A stretch of DNA of 64,000 nucleotides. Source: Parcubacteria group bacterium (GTDB taxonomy: Bacteria; Patescibacteriota; Minisyncoccia; UBA6257; Colwellbacteraceae). The stretch is taken from assembly GCA_041649615.1 (NCBI GenBank), contig JBAZMT010000001.1:26981-90980 (forward strand), written 5' to 3'. Shown piece by piece: positions 21,306 to 30,163 of the stretch. The notes beneath the pieces are model-generated. The model did no database searches, was not told the origin of the DNA, and saw only the letters and a list, made by a program, of their open reading frames with translations. Each line of letters opens with the position of its first letter. The first letter of the stretch is position 1. A program made the translations under genes and the position numbers.

Positions 21306-21893
21306 ATGCAGTCTTCAAATATAACAATAGAGCAAGCTCGAGAGTTGGTGCGTAAATATATCACGAGTCCTGTAACCAAATTACATCTTTTAGAAACGGA
21401 AGCTTTTATGCGATCTTTGGCAAAAAGATTTGGCGAGGACGAAGAAACGTGGGGAATAATCGGATTGCTTCATGATATAGATTGGGATTTAACAAAAGAC
21501 AATTACGCGGAGCATTGTATTAAATGCCAGGAAATATTGAAGGAAGCCGGGGCAAGTAATTTCCTGATAGAGACGATTGTCTCTCACGGATACTCCAATG
21601 AAGCGATTCCCAAGCTGAAGGATAAACAACGCGCGACAACTTTGGAACATTGTCTTGTCGCGGCTGAAACTTTAACGGGACTTATCATCGCCTCCGCGTT
21701 AATGACGTCCGATAAAAAACTTAAAAGTCTCTCAATTGAGAGTTTGAAAAAGAGATTTAAAGAGAAAAAATTTGCCGCGAAGTGCGATAGGAATTTGATT
21801 TTGGAATGCAAAAAAGCCGATATTCCGCCAGACGAGTTTTTACAGATCGGCCTAACTTCATTACAAAGTATTGCCGAAGAATTGGGCTTTTAG
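21306..21893 (+). CDS. HD/HDIG domain phosphohydrolase
   Basis: H...GLLHDID...H...SH motif series. Confidence 0.85.
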   Translation: MQSSNITIEQARELVRKYITSPVTKLHLLETEAFMRSLAKRFGEDEETWGIIGLLHDIDWDLTKDNYAEHCIKCQEILKEAGASNFLIETIVSHGYSNEAIPKLKDKQRATTLEHCLVAAETLTGLIIASALMTSDKKLKSLSIESLKKRFKEKKFAAKCDRNLILECKKADIPPDEFLQIGLTSLQSIAEELGF

Positions 21894-22687
21894 TTAAAAA
21901 CGATTTTGAAGATGAATTGGTCCAGGAGGACCAAAGCGCCCAGGAGAAAAACGTAAAAAGAAAAGACTTTCATACTGGCGCGGGAGAAGAAATCAAGCAT
22001 AAAACGGATGGCGAAGTAGCCCGTAACGCCAGCGACAAGCATTCCCAAAACAAGAGGCCAAACGCCGACAATTTGGAACGTTTCTCCGGTTAAATTTTTA
22101 ACATCAAAAAGAGCCGAGCCGATAATCGCGGGGACGGACATCAGAAAAGAAAATTTAATGGCAAATTCTTTTTTAAACCCTCTGAACAATCCTACGGAAA
22201 TAGTTGACCCGGAACGGGAAAGAGCGGGGATTATCGCTGCCGCCTGAGCAAGCCCTACAAAAATCGCGTCCATATAAGACATACTGTCCAGGTCTTTGCC
22301 GTAGTGAATCTGTTCTTTATTCCGGTCGGCCAAAAAAAGCACGATACCCGTGAGGATAAAACAGGGCCCCAAAAATTTTCCCGATGAAAAAGCGTATTCA
22401 AAGAAATTATGAAAAGCGAATCCTACGACAACGGCGGGAATGGTCGCCAAAACAACGAGACGGGTCAGTTTGCTTAGAGGTCTTCGGATCATAAGCCAAA
22501 TTTCCCGCCAAAAAACGGCGATCACGGCTACGAGAGTCGCGACATGCAGAGCGATGTCAAAAGCGAGCGCTCCCTCGCTTACACCGAACACTTTTTGGAG
22601 AAGAACCAAATGACCGGAACTGGAGACGGGCAGAAATTCGGTCAATCCCTGAACGGCGCCTAAAACAACAGATTCTAAAATACTCAT
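21890..22687 (-). CDS. uppP: undecaprenyl-diphosphate phosphatase
   Basis: QGLTEFLPVSSSGH, PALSRSGST. Confidence 0.95.
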   Translation of the reverse strand: MSILESVVLGAVQGLTEFLPVSSSGHLVLLQKVFGVSEGALAFDIALHVATLVAVIAVFWREIWLMIRRPLSKLTRLVVLATIPAVVVGFAFHNFFEYAFSSGKFLGPCFILTGIVLFLADRNKEQIHYGKDLDSMSYMDAIFVGLAQAAAIIPALSRSGSTISVGLFRGFKKEFAIKFSFLMSVPAIIGSALFDVKNLTGETFQIVGVWPLVLGMLVAGVTGYFAIRFMLDFFSRASMKVFSFYVFLLGALVLLDQFIFKIVFN

Positions 22688-23526
22688 CGGATAATTATGG
22701 GTTTCTTACCTTCAACTTGAATGGACTTAATTATCAGTTTACTCTCAATAATTTCCGCATCCAAAAGCTTGACTCTTTTTCCGTTTTTAACGGTCCAACA
22801 CCCCGGTTCCGGAGTATAGGCTCTGATTTTTCGTTCAATAATATTTGGAAGGTCGTTTTCGCCGGCTTCGGCCGACTCAAGTTCTTTCGGAGAAACATAG
22901 GCGTCATCGGTCGTGATTTTTTTGGTGAAAGTCGCTTCGGTTTCTTTTTGAGATTCAAGTTTAAGAGAGGAAGAAATGGAGGGAATAATTTCCTTAACCA
23001 TATCGCTTCCCAAAATGGCGAGTCGGTCTCCCAAAGATTCGGTATTATCCTCTGAATGGATTACGAGCGAACGCGAAAGAATAATCGGTCCGTGATCCAT
23101 TTTCTCATCAATTAGGTAAAGAGTAGCACCTGTTTCTTTAAGTCCGTTTAGAATGGCGGATTGAATAGGTGTTGTGCCACGGAGCTTGGGAAGGAGGGAA
23201 GGATGGACGCCGATCGTCCCATAGCGGGGAATGTCAATCAGTTCTTTCGGCAGGATTTTTCCGTAAGCGGCGACAAGAAAAAAATCGGCGTTGAATTCGC
23301 GAAGACGGGCTAGAAATTCTTCGTTAATTTTTTCGGGCTGAAGAACGGGAATGCGGGGGTTTAATTTTTGGGAAGTGATTTTCGCGGCCGGAGAAGTGAT
23401 AACTTTCTTTCGACCAACCGGACGATCGGGGTTCGTGACTATCGCGAGAGGAGAAAGCCCTCCCTCAATAAGGCGGCCCAAAACTATGGCGGCAAATCGC
23501 GGAGTGCCGAAAAAAACGAAATTCAT
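22684..23526 (-). CDS. fmt: methionyl-tRNA formyltransferase
   Basis: FFGTPRFA, VAAYGKILP, HPSLLPKLRG, MDHG; start set at MNFVFF. Confidence 0.93.
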   Translation of the reverse strand: MNFVFFGTPRFAAIVLGRLIEGGLSPLAIVTNPDRPVGRKKVITSPAAKITSQKLNPRIPVLQPEKINEEFLARLREFNADFFLVAAYGKILPKELIDIPRYGTIGVHPSLLPKLRGTTPIQSAILNGLKETGATLYLIDEKMDHGPIILSRSLVIHSEDNTESLGDRLAILGSDMVKEIIPSISSSLKLESQKETEATFTKKITTDDAYVSPKELESAEAGENDLPNIIERKIRAYTPEPGCWTVKNGKRVKLLDAEIIESKLIIKSIQVEGKKPIIIR

Positions 23527-23642
23527 ACTTTTAAAGAATACCTTGAAAATGGGGATTTTTGGAAGATTTGTTGACTGCACTCAAGAAAAAAGCGAATATA
23601 GGCAAATCGGTTTTTGAAAAATTTATAAGGAGGAACTATCGA

Positions 23643-24575
23643 ATGAACGAGATTGCCAAAGGAATAGACCTTTCGGCTTTGAAAGGCAATCAATACGACT
23701 GGTTACTCGCAAGACTCATTACGGAAGGGACGGAAACGCCGAGTCCGCAGAAAGAATCCGCGTGGAGGCTTCCGCCCGTAACTTTGGCCTACGACTTAAG
23801 GGTAGAAACTGGCGAAGCAGACAGGATTTTACTACCCGTGCCGAAGAGCAGTTCAAAAAACGGTATTTTCTCCGCTATCGGGGAAATAACGGCTTTTATG
23901 AACGGCGTCGTGACCCACGAAGGGTTAATGGAGTTTGGCTGCGACTGGTGGGAAAGATGGACGAGCGAGGAATATCTTAAACATTGCGAACTCGATCTTA
24001 TGCCCGGAGAATTGGGGCCCGGATCGTACGGAGCGGCGCTTCACGATTTTCCGACAGCGGAAGGAAAACCCTTCAACCAGGTGAAACACGTGACGGAGCA
24101 AATAAAAGAGCTCCCGTATCTTCGTACGCATCTTTGGACCACATGGATTCCGCAGTATATCGGAAGAGGCAAGGGCAAGAAGAGGCAAGTGGCGGTGGCT
24201 CCGTGCCATGGCACTATCACGGATTTTGTTCCGAACATACAGACGAAAGAGCTATCGCTTTATCACGTACAGCGCTCGGGTGACGTGCCGGTCGGCGTGA
24301 AATGGAACATAATCCAATATTGCGCGGCTCTTTTGATGATGGCGCATGTCACCGGCTATAAGCCCGCCTTCTACTACCATATCATTCTTGACCCGCACAT
24401 CTATGCGCGACAGGTGGAACCCGTGAAGGAATATCTCAAATTCCCGGAAAAAGATTTTCCGAACCTTGTTCTCAAAAATACCGACATCACGGATATCTTC
24501 GCTTTTCGTAATACGGATTTTGAGCTCGAAGGTTACCTCAAGAGGCCGTACATCAACATACCGACACCCGACTGA
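23643..24575 (+). CDS. thyA: thymidylate synthase (divergent ThyA)
   Basis: APCH, QRSGD, N of WNIIQY, HIY; AGGAGG SD before ATG 23643. Confidence 0.85.
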   Translation: MNEIAKGIDLSALKGNQYDWLLARLITEGTETPSPQKESAWRLPPVTLAYDLRVETGEADRILLPVPKSSSKNGIFSAIGEITAFMNGVVTHEGLMEFGCDWWERWTSEEYLKHCELDLMPGELGPGSYGAALHDFPTAEGKPFNQVKHVTEQIKELPYLRTHLWTTWIPQYIGRGKGKKRQVAVAPCHGTITDFVPNIQTKELSLYHVQRSGDVPVGVKWNIIQYCAALLMMAHVTGYKPAFYYHIILDPHIYARQVEPVKEYLKFPEKDFPNLVLKNTDITDIFAFRNTDFELEGYLKRPYINIPTPD

Positions 24576-24594
24576 CTTCCGAAGGAGGATAAAT

Positions 24595-25548
24595 ATGAAT
24601 GCAATGCCTAAGGTTGCGATCATCGCGGCAGTATCGCTCAACGGCGTAATCGGAAAAGAGGGGAAAATCCCTTGGAAAATTCCGAGCGATCTCAAGAGAT
24701 TCAAAAAGATCACAATGGGACATCCTGTCCTTATGGGGAGGAAAACCTACAGGTCTATTGGAAAGCCTTTGCCCGGAAGGATGAACATTGTTCTTACAAG
24801 GAACCGCGATTGTTCCTTAGAGGGATGCGTCGTGGTCCATTCTTTTGACGAGGCGTTTGTCGCGTGCGACAAGAACGAAACACTTTTCGTAATTGGCGGA
24901 GGAGAGGTTTATCGCGAAGCGTTAAAATACGCGAGCGAGTTTCATTTCACGAGAGTAAATAAAGTGATTGAGCACGGGAACGCTTTTTTCCCGGAATGGG
25001 ATCAAGACCAATGGGAGGATGTCACTTTTCCGGAGTATTCTGATCTTTTGCAAGAAGGTGACGAGGTCTCCTACACTTTCAGGTCGCTCCGGCGAAAAAA
25101 TCTTTATACTACCGACAATGCCCGGACAGCCGATCAGCGCGAAGCAATGGAACGTATAATGGCCGGAGGCAAATGCAATTTCTGCTTGCCTGATCTCGGA
25201 GAAGAGCACAAGAAGCCGATCATTTACGTGGGCGAGCACTTCAAAGTAACGGAGAACCAATGGCCTTATCCGGCTGCCAAGAACCACATTCTTATCATTT
25301 CCAAGACTCACGTCAGTCGTCTTGCCGATCTGCCAAAAGGAGCGGGAGACGAATTGATACGCATCGCCTGTATGCTTCAGGAGACGTATAGCGTGAAAGG
25401 CGGAGCAATCTGCATGCGGTTCGGAGATTCAAATCTGAACGGTGCGAGTGTGGAGCACTTTCACGTTCATTTTCTAGTTCCGGACCCGGAAAAAGAAGCT
25501 CTCTTTTTCTGGATTGATAAAAAAGACAAAATAATAAGCCCCGTCTGA
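24595..25548 (+). CDS. folA: dihydrofolate reductase fused to a C-terminal HIT-family domain
   Basis: DHFR motifs IGKEGKIPW, MGRKT, LPGRMNIV, IGGG; then CNFC and HFHVH histidine triad; AAGGAGG SD. Confidence 0.88.
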   Translation: MNAMPKVAIIAAVSLNGVIGKEGKIPWKIPSDLKRFKKITMGHPVLMGRKTYRSIGKPLPGRMNIVLTRNRDCSLEGCVVVHSFDEAFVACDKNETLFVIGGGEVYREALKYASEFHFTRVNKVIEHGNAFFPEWDQDQWEDVTFPEYSDLLQEGDEVSYTFRSLRRKNLYTTDNARTADQREAMERIMAGGKCNFCLPDLGEEHKKPIIYVGEHFKVTENQWPYPAAKNHILIISKTHVSRLADLPKGAGDELIRIACMLQETYSVKGGAICMRFGDSNLNGASVEHFHVHFLVPDPEKEALFFWIDKKDKIISPV

Positions 25549-25568
25549 TCAGACGGGGTCTTTTTTTA
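25539..25568. terminator. palindromic terminator spanning two abutting stop codons
   Basis: CCCCGTCTGA|TCAGACGGGG followed by a T-tract. Confidence 0.7.
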
Positions 25569-26391
25569 CTTTGACTATCCCGATGCCGTTTTCCGCAAAA
25601 ATGCGTTTTGCGTCCAATCTTGAATATCCTTCCGTGACGTAAAGCGTTTTAATGCCCGCTTGTGAAAGAAGATTGGCACAAGGGGGACAAGGGAAAGTGG
25701 AAACGAACACTTCTGCTCCGGCAAGGCTTATTCCTTTTTTGGCCGCTTCAGCAATAAGGGCGGCTTCGGCGTGAATGGAGGAAGAAAGTTCAATGTGTTC
25801 GCCGGCGTTAAACGGCGTTCTCGGGTCACCCGAATAATACGGTTCAAGTTCGGTTGGCAGATGATGGTTATGGGCGGCAAGCAAAATATTTCCATCACGA
25901 AACGCGACCGCTCCGATTTGCCGCCACCAGTCGGAAGACAATTCTTTTTCACGAAAGGCGGTTTTCAATACGGAGGAGTCAAAATTTTCGCTTGTTATTT
26001 CTTTATCCCAAAAAACAGGTTCTTCCTGAAGAACGTTGAATTTATTCCAACGAAGAAAAACCGAATCAAAAACAATGTTCGTTTCGGTTGGCAATAACTT
26101 TGCGATTTCGGAAGAAATATCTTCTTTCGGCATGATAATGGGGCCTTTACGAGATTCGGCGATAATGTCGTTTATGTCGGCGTTTTTTATTTCATCTAAA
26201 ATGCCGAGAGACCTGATGGAAGAGGAAATTTCTTCGTTTTCCAGAGCGCGCATGTCTCTTTTGAGATATTCAATCGCACTTATTATGGTCTTATCGGGAA
26301 TCAGGAGAGTTCCTCCCGCGTATTTTTTGAAGAACTCAATATACCCGCGATGCAGAACCGGAACGTAGGCAACAATGGTATTTTTTTTCAT
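25549..26391 (-). CDS. dCMP/CMP-deaminase family protein with N-terminal nucleotidyltransferase-like domain
   Basis: C-terminal IHAEA...FPCPPCA zinc motif; N-terminal VAYVPVLHRGY. Confidence 0.8.
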   Translation of the reverse strand: MKKNTIVAYVPVLHRGYIEFFKKYAGGTLLIPDKTIISAIEYLKRDMRALENEEISSSIRSLGILDEIKNADINDIIAESRKGPIIMPKEDISSEIAKLLPTETNIVFDSVFLRWNKFNVLQEEPVFWDKEITSENFDSSVLKTAFREKELSSDWWRQIGAVAFRDGNILLAAHNHHLPTELEPYYSGDPRTPFNAGEHIELSSSIHAEAALIAEAAKKGISLAGAEVFVSTFPCPPCANLLSQAGIKTLYVTEGYSRLDAKRIFAENGIGIVKVKKDPV

Positions 26392-26993
26392 CAGCTGATT
26401 CCCGATAATTCGTTAAGCGCCGAATTAATCTTCTCTTTGACTTTGGCAAGAGTATCCGTATGCAATTTGTGTATTTTACCGGTCGTAGAAGTTTCCGCTT
26501 GAGGGGGAAGAATCAAAATATCTTTTGCCCAATTTTTGATTTCTCCGATCATTCCGTCTCTGCCGCCTTCGTGCAAGAAATCGGTGGATTCAGACAGGAT
26601 GAGAAAATCCGGTTTGATGAGTTCGCCCAATCTCCAGCTATATTCTTCCTCTTGCTTGATTATCACGTAATCCACATCTGTCGTGTAGGTTAACATTTCA
26701 GCGCGTTCATCTTGCGGGACTATCGGGCGATGTTCTCCTTTTCTCTTTCTGACTTCCGTATCGCTGTCAACGGCCACGATTAGAATGATGTCGTCCTTGT
26801 CCTTGCTTGTTTTTCTGGCGACACTTTCAATGGCAGACAAAAAATATCGGCAATGTCCGATATGAAACAAATCAAAAGTGCCGCTTAAAAAGACAATAAC
26901 CTTACCCAATACTTTTTGGGCATTAACTATCTCAACCAACCTGTCATAAGAGGGAATTATCTTTGAATTTTTTCCTTCACTTATACCGTTCAT
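26391..26993 (-). CDS. cytidylyltransferase family (TagD/RfaE domain II-like)
   Basis: SGTFDLFHIGH, VDSD, RKGEHRPIVPQDER, TSTT; ATG 26993. Confidence 0.85.
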   Translation of the reverse strand: MNGISEGKNSKIIPSYDRLVEIVNAQKVLGKVIVFLSGTFDLFHIGHCRYFLSAIESVARKTSKDKDDIILIVAVDSDTEVRKRKGEHRPIVPQDERAEMLTYTTDVDYVIIKQEEEYSWRLGELIKPDFLILSESTDFLHEGGRDGMIGEIKNWAKDILILPPQAETSTTGKIHKLHTDTLAKVKEKINSALNELSGIS

Positions 26994-27070
26994 GACGTGA
27001 TACCTTAAAGCTAAAGCTTGATTGTATCCAGTGTCAATTGACAAAAAATCGCCATATTTCAAGGCGATTT

Positions 27071-27520
27071 TTATTTTAAGTAGTCAATTATCAGTTTTCC
27101 GTTCAGGTGATCGGTTTCGTGCTGGAAAATCCTAGCAAGAATTCCGAAGGCTTTGATTTTCAGCTTTTTGCCGGATTTGTCTTCGGCTTCAAGGGTAATC
27201 GTTTCGGAACGGGAGACGGGGACGATGACGCCGGGAACGCTCAAGCATCCTTCCTCCATTTCGGTCGTTTTTTCGGAATACTTCGTGATTCGCGGATTGA
27301 AAATAACGTAAAACTTACCGTCATAACTTACGATGAACATTCGCCAATTCAGTCCAACCTGATTTGCCGAAATACCAACGCCGTCACTTGCCTTCATCAT
27401 TTTTCTCATTTCCGAAACGGTCTGTCTTATCTCCTCTACAGAATGTTTCTTGAAATCAAAATCGGGCGTTTTACGCTTTAAGATTTTTCGGTTTTTGCTT
27501 TTTGTCGTGACTAATTCCAT
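27071..27520 (-). CDS. def: peptide deformylase
   Basis: GVGISANQ, EGCLS, QHETDH. Confidence 0.96.
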   Translation of the reverse strand: MELVTTKSKNRKILKRKTPDFDFKKHSVEEIRQTVSEMRKMMKASDGVGISANQVGLNWRMFIVSYDGKFYVIFNPRITKYSEKTTEMEEGCLSVPGVIVPVSRSETITLEAEDKSGKKLKIKAFGILARIFQHETDHLNGKLIIDYLK

Positions 27521-27794
27521 TTTTGTTGGTCTTAGAATTTAATCGCCAAACTTTCATAAAGTAGGCTCCTTTGTTTTTGACGCGGGGATTTTCGGCGATG
27601 GATTTGGCCGTGTAGAGCATTTTTTCTCCATTCTCTTCGCGCGCCATTTTAATATAGAGGGATTTGTGATCGTTGTCTCCTAAAGTTTCCGCAACCATCA
27701 AGCCGATCATCTGATGACGCGAATGAATCCGGTTTTTTTTCGCCCGCTCTTTTATCTTATCAAGATAAGCGTTGAATTGAGGTTTACTGTCCAC
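27471..27794 (-). CDS. hypothetical protein (start uncertain)
   Basis: Helical ORF ending NKGAYFMKVW, overlapping the def start. Confidence 0.55.
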   Translation of the reverse strand: MDSKPQFNAYLDKIKERAKKNRIHSRHQMIGLMVAETLGDNDHKSLYIKMAREENGEKMLYTAKSIAENPRVKNKGAYFMKVWRLNSKTNKNGISHDKKQKPKNLKA

Positions 27795-27912
27795 AAGTCC
27801 ATTACGCCATAACTTTATAGAAATGTCAAACATCAGAAGATGCAAAATGCAAAGCGCAAAACGCAAGATTAATGTCTTTCACCGAAGGTGAAAATAATAT
27901 AGAATTTTCGTA

Positions 27913-29115
27913 ATGGCGGATAAAAAGAAAATTTTGAAAATAGGAATTTTGGTTTTGGCGGGCACGGTTATAGCGGGAGTGTTTCTTTACGGAGGATACA
28001 GATGGGGATACAGCCAAACCAAACTTATCAAGATAGAAGGAGTCGCGGACATTAATCCGGGAAGCGACGTTACCGCCGATTTCAGCGTATTCTGGCAGGC
28101 TTGGAGTAAAATAAAGGAAAATTATCTGCGCGCGGGAAGTCTCTCGGAAAAAGACATGGTTTACGGGGCGATAAAAGGACTCGCCGAAAACATTGGCGAT
28201 CCTTATACGACTTTCTTTTCGCCCGAAGACGCTCAAAAGTTTGAAGAAGATATCAGCGGAGAGTTCGGCGGAATAGGAGCCGAACTTGAAGAAAAAGACG
28301 GACAAATATTGGTGCTTGCGCCTTTAAAAGACACGCCGGCGGAGCGCGCGGGACTCAAGCCCAAAGACGTAATCGTTAAAGCGGGAGATATGGAACTTTT
28401 CGGCAAAACGGTTCAGGACGCGGTAAAAGTAATCCGCGGAACTCCCGGAAGCAAAATAAAGCTCGTAGTTTCGCGTGAAGGAACTTCAGGAGCGATGGAG
28501 TTTGAAATTACGCGCGAGATTATTACTTTGCCGGTGGTTGAATGGGAGTGGAAAGACAATAAGGTGGCTTATATCCGACTTGACAGTTTCAGCCAGACGG
28601 CGCCTTACGCGTTTTACAGCGCCGTCCGAGAAATAGCGGCGGGAGATCCGCGGGCGATAATACTGGATTTGAGAAATAATCCGGGAGGATATTTGGAAGT
28701 GGCGGTAAATCTCGCCGGATGGTTCGTGAATAAGGGAGAAGTGGTCGTTAAAGAAAGATATTCTTCCGGAGAAGAAACGGCATTTCGTTCTTATGGCAGT
28801 TCGGCTCTTAAAAAAATACCGACCGTTGTTCTTGTAAACAGTGGGACGGCTTCCGCCGCCGAAATTATGGCGGGAGCGATGAGGGACATTAACGGAACGA
28901 AGCTCGTGGGCGAACGCACCTTTGGGAAAGGAACGGTGCAGACTTTGGATGAACTCAAGGATGGGTCAATGCTTAAAATGACCGTGGCAAATTGGGTAAC
29001 GCCCGGAGGACATATAATTGAAGATTCGGGACTTGTGCCGGACGTGAACGTGGAACTTCCGGAGAAAGGAGACGAAGATACGCAGTTAAATAAAGCCCTG
29101 GAGTTATTACGATAG
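27913..29115 (+). CDS. ctpA: carboxy-terminal processing protease S41
   Basis: TM anchor, DPYT, GIG-type PDZ domain, DLRNNPGG, TASAAEI, TFGKG. Confidence 0.93.
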   Translation: MADKKKILKIGILVLAGTVIAGVFLYGGYRWGYSQTKLIKIEGVADINPGSDVTADFSVFWQAWSKIKENYLRAGSLSEKDMVYGAIKGLAENIGDPYTTFFSPEDAQKFEEDISGEFGGIGAELEEKDGQILVLAPLKDTPAERAGLKPKDVIVKAGDMELFGKTVQDAVKVIRGTPGSKIKLVVSREGTSGAMEFEITREIITLPVVEWEWKDNKVAYIRLDSFSQTAPYAFYSAVREIAAGDPRAIILDLRNNPGGYLEVAVNLAGWFVNKGEVVVKERYSSGEETAFRSYGSSALKKIPTVVLVNSGTASAAEIMAGAMRDINGTKLVGERTFGKGTVQTLDELKDGSMLKMTVANWVTPGGHIIEDSGLVPDVNVELPEKGDEDTQLNKALELLR

Positions 29116-29122
29116 TACTTAG

Positions 29123-29542
29123 ATGAGGGTTATTTTTCTTAAAGATATAAAAAATGTGGGGAGAGTGGGGGATATAAAGGAAGTGACGGACGGGTATGCT
29201 AAGAATTTCTTGCTGCCTAAACGGTTTGCTAAGTTGGCGACTAAGGAAAGCTTAGGCGAGATGAATCAAAAAACGGCAGCGGAGGAAAAAACGGCCGCTG
29301 ATTTCAGGAAAAAAATAGAAGTGATAAAAAACACTCCCTTAACGTTCCACTTAAAAACGGGGGAGAAGGGAGAGGTTTACAATTCGGTAACGGAGACAGA
29401 GATAGAAAAAGAATTAAAGAAAAAGAATTTCGGCAAAGTGAAAGTGCACTTGGAAAAGCCGATAAGGACGTTTGGAGAATACGAAGTAGAAATAGGCATC
29501 GGTCACGGAACAACGGGAATAATAAGAATCACCGTGGAATAA
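29123..29542 (+). CDS. rplI: 50S ribosomal protein L9
   Basis: MRVIFLKDIKNVGRVGDIKEVTDGYAKNFLLP. Confidence 0.95.
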   Translation: MRVIFLKDIKNVGRVGDIKEVTDGYAKNFLLPKRFAKLATKESLGEMNQKTAAEEKTAADFRKKIEVIKNTPLTFHLKTGEKGEVYNSVTETEIEKELKKKNFGKVKVHLEKPIRTFGEYEVEIGIGHGTTGIIRITVE

Positions 29543-29563
29543 AAAAACGCCTCTCGGCGTCTT
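29541..29563. terminator. terminator between convergent rplI and rpmA
   Basis: A-tract, ACGCC-tctc-GGCGT. Confidence 0.5.
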
Positions 29564-29846
29564 AAGCGGCGGCCGAAGAAATACTTACCACTTTTGATCT
29601 CCTAATTCTCGTGTTATAGCAAACTTTTCTTATGTCTTTAAAATTGACGATACCCGGTTTCATCGCAAAAAGAGTGTCGTCTTTTCCTCGTCCGACATTA
29701 ATTCCCGGAATGTATTTGGTGCCGCGCTGACGCAAAATAACTTCGCCGGCGGCAACAAACTGTCCATTATTTCTTTTTATCCCTAGTCTCTTAGAGCGAG
29801 AATCGCGTCCGTTTTTTGTAGAGCCTAGGGCCTTTGTATGGGCCAT
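29562..29846 (-). CDS. rpmA: 50S ribosomal protein L27
   Basis: [22 protein letters not shown]. Confidence 0.96.
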   Translation of the reverse strand: MAHTKALGSTKNGRDSRSKRLGIKRNNGQFVAAGEVILRQRGTKYIPGINVGRGKDDTLFAMKPGIVNFKDIRKVCYNTRIRRSKVVSISSAAA

Positions 29847-29882
29847 ATGACTTAGACCAAATGCTATTATAAAAAGACCAAT

Positions 29883-30083
29883 ATGTCAAAGTTTTCCGAC
29901 AAAGGGGCGAGCGAAATTCCTCAATTTTCACTCGTTTTTTTGTGGCATAAAACTCCTTTTAAGCAGAAAATTGCGTTCGTTGTCATTTCAGTATTTGCTT
30001 TAACGCTCGCTTTTGGATTGGGCCTTATAGCGCAAGGGAAGCAGGATAGAGCGCCGATAATAATTGAGCAGTGCGTGGATTGA
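29883..30083 (+). CDS. small single-TM protein
   Basis: TM helix then [11 protein letters not shown]; start uncertain. Confidence 0.5.
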   Translation: MSKFSDKGASEIPQFSLVFLWHKTPFKQKIAFVVISVFALTLAFGLGLIAQGKQDRAPIIIEQCVD

Positions 30084-30163
30084 CACAACACGCGTAAACT
30101 TATAGTTTGCAGATAGACGTTTAATAACGGGCTTCACCCGAAAATAAAGAGGAGTTGTTTTAG

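Noticed and set aside
23559-24594. Longer starts for thyA (23559) and folA (24466)
   Set aside because: Strong SD sequences and domain boundaries favour 23643 and 24595
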